From the NCBI GenBank assembly GCA_964591795.1, contig CAZQEL010000034.1:1-5407 (forward strand): a stretch of 5,407 nt of DNA. Direction: 5' to 3'. Below the pieces are notes generated by a model. That model worked only from the letters and a program-made list of their open reading frames with translations. It was not told where the DNA came from and did not search any database. This document shows positions 1 to 5,308 of this stretch, one piece after another (position 1 is the first letter of the stretch; each line of letters starts with the position of its first letter). The DNA comes from an uncultured archaeon. GTDB taxonomy: Archaea; Iainarchaeota; Iainarchaeia; Iainarchaeales; CSSED10-239. The translations under genes were made by a program, and so were the position numbers.

Positions 1-695
1 CTTTCAAATTTATTTGCAATAATACCAGTAGTACCTGAACCATTAAAAGGATCTAAAACAACATCATTTTTATTTGTAGAACTAAGAATTATTCTTCTTA
101 ATAATTCTAAAGGCTTTTGTGTAGGATGTCTACCACATACTTTTTCAGATTTAGGAGTAAATGGTATAGACCAAACACTTCTCATTTGTTTTCCTGAAGA
201 ACTAATTTTATCATCCCATTTTTTCATTAAATCATAATTAAATTTATGTTTACTTTTATTATTTTTAGCAGCCCAAATTAAAGTTTCATGACTATGTGTA
301 AAATACCTACAACTAAGATTAGGAGGAGCATTTGGTTTAAACCAACTAATTTCATTTAATACTTTATAATTTAAAAGTTGTAAAGCAAAACCTATTTGAT
401 AAATATTATGAAAAGTTCCAGATATCCAAATAGAACCATCTTTTTTAAGAATTCTATTACATTCTTTAATCCAGTTAAAATTAAATTCAAAATCTTTAGA
501 TAATCCTTTAGAAACATCCCATTTTGCTTTATTAACAGAAACCATTTTTCCATTTTTACAACTAATACCACCATTAGATAAAAAATAAGGTGGATCAGCA
601 AAAACTAGGTCTACAGATTCATCATCTACATCTTTTAATAGATTTAAAGAATCACCTTTAAATAATTTAAAATTATCAGAATTATAATATAGCAT
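1..695 (-). CDS. Beta-class DNA (N6-adenine, or possibly N4-cytosine) methyltransferase, DpnA / M.DpnIIB / M.MboI-second-methylase-like. It is partial: the C-terminus runs off the left edge of the window.
   Basis: I translated the minus strand by hand from the ATG at 695..693. The frame stays open for 231 codons to position 3 with no stop, which explains its absence from the complete-ORF track. The translation begins MLYYNSDNFKLFKGDSLNLLKDVDDESVDLVFADPPYFLSNGGIS and continues through NAPPNLSCRYFTHSHETLIWAAKN, GRHPTQKPLELLRRII and VLDPFNGSGTTGIIANKFE. Catalytic motif IV (DPPY, 585..596) precedes AdoMet motif I (FNGSG, 33..47), which is the beta-class order. From memory, the ADPPYFLSNGGIS, PNLSCRYFTHS and HPTQKP blocks closely match the second methylase of DpnII-type GATC systems. 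Confidence 0.9.
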   Translation of the reverse strand, partial: MLYYNSDNFKLFKGDSLNLLKDVDDESVDLVFADPPYFLSNGGISCKNGKMVSVNKAKWDVSKGLSKDFEFNFNWIKECNRILKKDGSIWISGTFHNIYQIGFALQLLNYKVLNEISWFKPNAPPNLSCRYFTHSHETLIWAAKNNKSKHKFNYDLMKKWDDKISSSGKQMRSVWSIPFTPKSEKVCGRHPTQKPLELLRRIILSSTNKNDVVLDPFNGSGTTGIIANKFE

Positions 696-754
696 AATAT
701 TATATTATATTTAAAAGTATATAATGATTTCTAAACAGTAGTTGGCCGTAGCAA

Positions 755-1612
755 TTAATAATTTTTAATAAGAACTTCTTTAATAAGTCCTCTATTTAGA
801 CCATTAGAATTAATCATTCTTCTAGCATTAACTTCTTTAATATTAAATTTTTTATAATTAGAATTTATAAAATCAGTAGAACTATTACTTTGAAGAAATT
901 TAACTTTTTTTTTATTTAAAGTATTACAAAAATCTTTAAGTAAAACTTGATCATCTCTAGTAAAGTCATCTTTAGTATAACTAGTAAAACTATTATCATC
1001 AATTTTATCATAAGGAGGATCTAAATACAAAAAATCATTTTTTTTAACAAATTTTAAAATATTAGAATAAGAACAAACTTTAAAATTTACCTTTTGTATT
1101 AATTTTGAAATTCTAATTAAACCATCATTATCAAAAATGGATGGATTTTTATATTTACCCATAGGTACATTAAATTGATTATCGCTATTAACTCTATATA
1201 ATCCATTAAAACAAGTTTTATTAAGATATATAAATCTAGCAGCTTTAGTTACATCATCACTACAAAAATTACTATCTTTTAAAATAATATTATGCTTTTT
1301 AGTAATTCTACTTTCTAAACCTCTAAGAGAATAATAAAATTCAAAAGAATGATTTTCTTTAAAATCAGTCAATATATTTATTAAATTATCAACATCATTT
1401 TTAACAATATTATAAACATTAATTAAATCTTCATTAATATCAGAAACAATTACATTTTTAACATCACAATTATTTAAAATATAAAATAAAACAGATCCTC
1501 CACCTAAAAAAGGTTCAAAATAATTACTAATAGATGAAGGTAGATTTTGAGATATTTCTGGCAACAATTGAGTTTTTCCACCAGCCCATTTTAGAAAAGG
1601 TTTAACTTTCAT
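755..1612 (-). CDS. dam: Dam-family (alpha-class, MethyltransfD12-type) DNA N6-adenine methyltransferase, DpnM/M.MboIA-like, 285 aa. GATC specificity is likely but not proven.
   Basis: The N-terminus is MKVKPFLKWAGGK. Motif I is FEPFLGGGSV (FLGGG at 1496..1510). The family-specific block RFIYLNKTCFNGLYRVNSDNQFNVPMGKY is present. Motif IV is LDPPY (1010..1021), and the C-terminus contains ARRMINSNGLNRGLIKEVLIKNY. Motif I precedes motif IV, giving the alpha-class order. I prefer the ATG at 1612 over the track's ATG at 1660, because the extra 16 residues (MYFSFLFLIFSTNIYI) are low-complexity AT-rich read-through and Dam proteins normally begin just before PFLKWAGGK. The stop is TAA at 755..757. 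Confidence 0.93.
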   Translation of the reverse strand: MKVKPFLKWAGGKTQLLPEISQNLPSSISNYFEPFLGGGSVLFYILNNCDVKNVIVSDINEDLINVYNIVKNDVDNLINILTDFKENHSFEFYYSLRGLESRITKKHNIILKDSNFCSDDVTKAARFIYLNKTCFNGLYRVNSDNQFNVPMGKYKNPSIFDNDGLIRISKLIQKVNFKVCSYSNILKFVKKNDFLYLDPPYDKIDDNSFTSYTKDDFTRDDQVLLKDFCNTLNKKKVKFLQSNSSTDFINSNYKKFNIKEVNARRMINSNGLNRGLIKEVLIKNY

Positions 1613-1706
1613 TATATATATATTAGTAGAAAATATTAAAAAGAGAAAAGAAAAGTACATTAAATAAAAGGTAATTATTAAATAATCTTTGATATACCAA
1701 TATTTT

Positions 1707-2150
1707 ATGAAAGATAAAAATAAACTTTTAAAAAATAAAACTCAATTTAAAGATATTTTAGAAGAAAACACTATAAACTATAAAGGGAAACATGAAAATA
1801 CAATAAAACAATGTCCAAAAATATATGAATTACTTTGTAAATTATTAGATTCGGAAACAATAGAGTCAAAAGATAAAAGCCAAATAAGTTCAGCCATAGC
1901 ATATTTTATTCTTCCAAAAGATATATTTCCTGAAGAATTATTTGGAGCAAAAGGATATATAGATGATATTTATTTAAGCCTATATATATTAAAAAAAATT
2001 GAACAAAAATATGAAATTGAAGAGTTATTAGAAAATTGGAACTACGATTGTAAACTCTTAATAAACTTATTAAATAAAGAATATCAAATGTTAAATAAAG
2101 AATATAATTACATATTAAAAGATATGTTAGAATATATTGGACTTAAATAG
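1707..2150 (+). CDS. Hypothetical 147-aa Lys/Glu-rich protein with a DUF1232 (YkvA)-like core motif. It is the only plus-strand gene in the window.
   Basis: The ORF is open from 1689 to 2150. The track starts it at TTG 1689, but I prefer the first ATG at 1707 (MKDKNKLLKN...). Residues encoded at about 1893..1991 read AIAYFILPKDIFPEELFGAKGYIDDIYLSLYIL. This fits my recollection of the DUF1232 signature (A-L-x-Y-x-x-x-P-x-D-x-I-P-D-x-x-P-x-x-G-x-x-D-D). There is no Shine-Dalgarno upstream of either candidate start. The stop is TAG at 2148..2150. The coding call rests on ORF length in a stop-codon-rich AT background plus this motif. The domain call is tentative. Confidence 0.6.
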   Translation: MKDKNKLLKNKTQFKDILEENTINYKGKHENTIKQCPKIYELLCKLLDSETIESKDKSQISSAIAYFILPKDIFPEELFGAKGYIDDIYLSLYILKKIEQKYEIEELLENWNYDCKLLINLLNKEYQMLNKEYNYILKDMLEYIGLK

Positions 2151-2160
2151 AATATAGTTA

Positions 2161-2175
2161 ATAGCTAATAGCTAT
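2161..2175. repeat. Short inverted repeat (ATAGCT-aat-AGCTAT, equivalent to two copies of the palindrome TAGCTA) in the 24-bp gap between the convergent genes. It may be a weak bidirectional terminator.
   Basis: This is read directly from the sequence: 2161-2166 atagct, loop 2167-2169 aat, 2170-2175 agctat. The stem is only 6 bp and is not followed by a clear U-tract on either strand, so its function is uncertain. Confidence 0.25.
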
Positions 2176-3311
2176 CAACTACAAGAATTATATATTCTTT
2201 TTAAAACATCTTGAATTTCAGAAATTCTTTCTTTTTCAGATCCACTAAGTTTTTTTGGATTAGTAGCAGAAAAATTAACTCTAGATAATATTTCATAAAC
2301 TGTATTTAATTTATTTATAAAATTTTTTTCATTTTTTTTCATTTTAATATTAACTGCTAAGATATTTGGCTTTTGAGAACCTATTAATAAATCATCTATT
2401 TCAGAATCAGTTCCATTTTCTATAATATATGAAAAATCTCTAACATTTGAATCTCCAGATGCAGCTGCTTTTATAATTGGTAAATAATCATTAGTACCAT
2501 ACATAAGATCAATAATTTTTTCTACAGATTCATCACTAAAAGTAAAAGTTTGGTCATCAAAATTAAAATATCTTCTTAAATTATTTTTTTTAAGAATATC
2601 ACCTATAATTGAAAATTTTTTGGTAAGATCATCAGAAGACCTAGGATAATGTTCTAATTGATAATAAGCTCTATAAGTTCTTAATTTATCTCTAACATCA
2701 TTAATTTTTAAGGAATATAAATTTGCAATAATTTTAGATATCTTATGATCATATCTAAAACTAGAAAAATCATTTTCATTACCACCATATTCTCTAAAAT
2801 AATAAGACATATAAGTTTTAAAAATATTAAAAGAAGCAGGTAAAAAAGACCATTGTTTTATAGATCCATGGTGTCTTAAACCTAATAAATAATTAATTTC
2901 TTCTTCACAATTATTAGTAAGATCAATACAATTTATTTTAGTCATAGAATTTAAAATAGATTCTGATAAAATATCATTTTTAGTTGCTTCTGACTTATGT
3001 TTTTGAATCAAATACTTAATAGCAGTAATTCTTCTATTACCTTCTACAACAAGATATTTTTGATTTATCTTTTTAACAAATATATTTTCAAAGGGTATAA
3101 AACCTTTATTTTTGATAGATTCAGCTAAATAACTAATTTCAAAATGATTTGTCGAAGCTAACATCTTTAATAAAACCTCTTCTTGAACATCATCAGATTC
3201 ATATTCCTCTTTAGACACTAAATTTTCAAAACTTTTAGAAAATCTAGGATTATTTGGGTCTAATATTAAATCATCTATATCTAAACGTATAGATTCACCT
3301 ATATTACTCAT
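2175..3311 (-). CDS. ParB/Sulfiredoxin-fold (ParBc, 'ParB-like nuclease') N-terminal-domain protein, 378 aa, with an unassigned C-terminal region of about 270 aa.
   Basis: The N-terminus reads IRLDIDDLILDPNNPRF (DPNNPR at 3243..3260). It continues with LAESIKNKGFIPFENIFVKKINQKYLVVEGNRRITAIKYL (EGNRR at 3030..3044). Together these give the ParB-N pattern: I-x-x-I-x-x-x-P-x-N-P-R, then L-x-x-S-I-x-x-x-G-x-x-x-P, then the G-x-R-R-x-x-A arginine box. An AGGAGA Shine-Dalgarno lies 8 nt upstream of the ATG at 3311. The stop is TGA at 2175..2177, immediately followed by TAG. Confidence 0.85.
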   Translation of the reverse strand: MSNIGESIRLDIDDLILDPNNPRFSKSFENLVSKEEYESDDVQEEVLLKMLASTNHFEISYLAESIKNKGFIPFENIFVKKINQKYLVVEGNRRITAIKYLIQKHKSEATKNDILSESILNSMTKINCIDLTNNCEEEINYLLGLRHHGSIKQWSFLPASFNIFKTYMSYYFREYGGNENDFSSFRYDHKISKIIANLYSLKINDVRDKLRTYRAYYQLEHYPRSSDDLTKKFSIIGDILKKNNLRRYFNFDDQTFTFSDESVEKIIDLMYGTNDYLPIIKAAASGDSNVRDFSYIIENGTDSEIDDLLIGSQKPNILAVNIKMKKNEKNFINKLNTVYEILSRVNFSATNPKKLSGSEKERISEIQDVLKRIYNSCS

Positions 3312-3312
3312 A

Positions 3313-5196
3313 TTAAATTTCTCCTAAAATTTTATTTAAATTACAATCATAAATATAGTCTTTTAATTCAAATTTCACCAAATATATTATACTTAATATA
3401 AATTTCAAATCTATAGGAAATTTATTTAAAGATGAAATTTTAGCAAAAACTAATTTATTTTGATCTTTTATATCATAATTTTTTATTTTTTCTAAATCAC
3501 AAATTAAATTTAGAATAAATTCATAATTTTCTTTAGAAACATAACAACCTTCAAACCCTCCAAAAACAAGTGGCATCTTAAAAACATAACCTGTCGGATT
3601 CAAAGAATCATAATTCTTTTTTAAAACATTTTTATTAATACAATTATCAATAAATTTAAGAAATAAATCTGGAAAATCATCTATTTTGGAAAATAAAAAA
3701 TATTTTAATCTTTCAACTTTTTCTTTAGAAATAATTTCATTATCTGCATGCTTTAAAGCAGTAACTAAATCAGTTACAAAACAATCTTCTGAAAAAAAAG
3801 TATCTTCTCTTGAAACTTTAAGAATATCAAATAAATATCTATTATAATAATTATAAACAGATGATATATTATTAGATAAAGAATTATAAATATTAATATA
3901 CTTATAATAATCTTCACCTCCAATTGGTAAAATCTTCCAAACACTGTCAGCAGAAATAGACCTATTATAATTAAAAACTAATAAAGAAAATTTAGATCCA
4001 TTATTATAAATATCATAATTTAAACGAGTATCTTCAACATTATATTTTTTTAAAATTAGATTTAATTTTTCATTGAAATCTATAGGATTTTTATATTTTT
4101 GTTCAATAACAATTGGTTCTAAACTATCAGAGATATCTGAAAATAACCATAAATTATTAATTCTATATTTCATATTTAAATGGTCATCAAAAAGGTCTAA
4201 AACATAAACATCTTTCCAATTTTGTTTAGGAGATCTTACAACTCTACCTACACATTGAACATAATAAAGAACAGATTTTGTAGGTACACCCATAACAACA
4301 GTATTAATACTAGGGTCATCATAACCTTCATTCAATATTTTACAATTAATTAATATAGAAGATGATAAAGATTTATGATAATTCAAATAATCTTCAGTAG
4401 ACAATTTTAAATCATTATCTAAGCTATGAATAAAACCTATATGATTATAAGGTAAACCTAGAGATTCATTTTTAGATTTCAAAGTAGCCCATAAATCCTC
4501 AACATGCTTATTAGTACTTACAAACACAATAACTTTCTTATAAATATCTGTTCTTTCAAAAATAATTTCTGCAATTTTATTATTTCTTTCAGTAGTATTA
4601 AATAAAGAAGAACCTTCATCATCAGCATTAACTGTTATATTTGTATTAACATCATGAAAAATAGGTTTTAAAATTACATTTTTTTTAATAAGATCCAAAA
4701 AACTTATAGAATAAGAAACCTTTTCAAATTTTAATTCTTTATCATCATTTCTTGTAGGTGTTGCAGTTAAACCTAAAACACCTATCTTTTTAGTAAAAAA
4801 ACAATCATAACCCCTAGCTCCACAATGATGAGCTTCATCAATAATAACAAATTTATATTCTTCAGAATTTAATAATTTTTTAGCATTTGTAACTAATTCT
4901 ACATGAATTGTTTTAGATAAAGAATCACAAAAATTAAATTTTATTTTATTTTTATAATTATTAATTACTTCGGTAGTTTGAGCTTTTAGTTGAATTCTAT
5001 GACAAACCCATAATATTTTTTCTTCAGGTTTTATAAAACCATCTTTAATTAACTTATTTATAGTTCTAATAGCAGTTAAAGTTTTACCTCCACCTGTAGG
5101 TATAACTAATAACAATTTAGAATATAAATTTGTTTTAAAATCATCACAAATATTTTTTATAGCTTCATCTTGAAAAGAATAATCTACATTTTCCAT
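3313..5196 (-). CDS. Superfamily-2 DEAH-box helicase/translocase (ResIII + Helicase_C type core, aa 1-~335) with an unassigned C-terminal domain of about 290 aa. Total length is 627 aa.
   Basis: All SF2 motifs can be read directly. These are Q-like YSFQDEAI; motif I IPTGGGKT (PTGGGKT at 5080..5100); Ia ILWVCHRIQL; II VIIDEAHH (4825..4839); III GLTATP (4756..4773); IV KVIVFVST; V INCKILNEGYDDPSINTVV; and VI QCVGRVVR (4234..4257). I prefer the ATG at 5196 (MENVDYSF...) to the track's GTG at 5205, because that GTG is part of an AAGGTG Shine-Dalgarno 6 nt upstream of the ATG. Walker A begins at residue 33, so there is no room for an N-terminal nuclease domain of the HsdR type. The stop is TAA at 3313..3315. 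Confidence 0.9.
   Translation of the reverse strand: MENVDYSFQDEAIKNICDDFKTNLYSKLLLVIPTGGGKTLTAIRTINKLIKDGFIKPEEKILWVCHRIQLKAQTTEVINNYKNKIKFNFCDSLSKTIHVELVTNAKKLLNSEEYKFVIIDEAHHCGARGYDCFFTKKIGVLGLTATPTRNDDKELKFEKVSYSISFLDLIKKNVILKPIFHDVNTNITVNADDEGSSLFNTTERNNKIAEIIFERTDIYKKVIVFVSTNKHVEDLWATLKSKNESLGLPYNHIGFIHSLDNDLKLSTEDYLNYHKSLSSSILINCKILNEGYDDPSINTVVMGVPTKSVLYYVQCVGRVVRSPKQNWKDVYVLDLFDDHLNMKYRINNLWLFSDISDSLEPIVIEQKYKNPIDFNEKLNLILKKYNVEDTRLNYDIYNNGSKFSLLVFNYNRSISADSVWKILPIGGEDYYKYINIYNSLSNNISSVYNYYNRYLFDILKVSREDTFFSEDCFVTDLVTALKHADNEIISKEKVERLKYFLFSKIDDFPDLFLKFIDNCINKNVLKKNYDSLNPTGYVFKMPLVFGGFEGCYVSKENYEFILNLICDLEKIKNYDIKDQNKLVFAKISSLNKFPIDLKFILSIIYLVKFELKDYIYDCNLNKILGEI
3320..3325 (-). promoter_or_regulatory. 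Shine-Dalgarno (AGGAGA) for the ParB-like gene, embedded in the last codons of the helicase gene.
   Basis: The minus strand reads ttttAGGAGAaatttaatATG, an 8-nt spacer. The helicase TAA (3313..3315) lies between the SD and the ATG, 1 nt before the ATG. This is the classic geometry for translational coupling. Confidence 0.6.
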
Positions 5197-5202
5197 TAAG
5201 CA

Positions 5203-5208
5203 CACCTT
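5203..5208 (-). promoter_or_regulatory. Shine-Dalgarno-like AAGGTG for the helicase gene.
   Basis: The minus strand reads ggtAAGGTGtgcttaATGGAA, a 6-nt spacer to the ATG at 5196. Confidence 0.5.
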
Positions 5209-5308
5209 ACCAAATATTTAAAATACAAAACACACTTAAACATTACTAATATCTAAATTAAGAATATTTTTTTAAACTCCTCATATAAATTCAACAATCA
5301 TCTTTTAT

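Noticed and set aside
392-601. The track ORF of 69 aa on the minus strand (MLIHLIFYLMVVLVVKMEKWF...).
   Set aside because: It lies entirely inside, and out of frame with, the 231-codon DpnA-like methyltransferase reading frame (1..695, minus), which has unmistakable DPPY and FxGxG motifs. Its own translation is hydrophobic and low-complexity with no motif. It is a shadow ORF, listed only because the real gene has no stop inside the window.
905-913. Homopolymeric A/T runs of 7-9 nt inside coding regions, considered as slipped-strand phase-variation switches for the methylases or helicase. Examples include T9 at 905..913 in the Dam-like gene, and others near 1038, 2324-2340, 2584-2591 and 4679-4686.
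   Set aside because: Runs of this length are expected by chance at about 22% GC, and here they simply encode Lys/Phe-rich stretches. None is unusually long and none sits near a start codon.
1613-1660. The 16-codon N-terminal extension of the Dam-like ORF (MYFSFLFLIFSTNIYI). Also the non-ATG starts used by the track for the helicase (GTG 5205) and the small gene (TTG 1689).
   Set aside because: The extension is AT-rich read-through with no SD, and Dam-family proteins start just before PFLKWAGGK. The GTG at 5203..5205 is part of the AAGGTG ribosome-binding site for the ATG at 5196. The TTG at 1689 has no better signal than the ATG at 1707. The exact starts remain unverified.
2175-3311. Reading the ParB-like gene as a genuine chromosome or plasmid partition ParB, and hence the window as a plasmid maintenance region.
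   Set aside because: There is no ParA/Walker ATPase neighbour and no iterated parS-like repeats. I see no recognisable HTH/dimerisation layout after the N-domain. The gene is translationally coupled to a helicase and flanked by restriction-modification genes. A mobile-element leading-region or anti-restriction role (ParB-like + methylase + helicase cargo on plasmids and phages) remains an alternative I cannot exclude.
5197-5308. Promoter-like hexamers (TTGAAT, TTGTAT, several TATA-like boxes) and a 9-codon mini-ORF (ATGAGGAGTTTAAAAAAATATTCTTAA) in the hsdR-helicase spacer.
   Set aside because: No -35/-10 pair with good spacing stood out, and AT-rich DNA generates many such hexamers by chance. 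The mini-ORF has no supporting signal. It is not reportable without transcript mapping.
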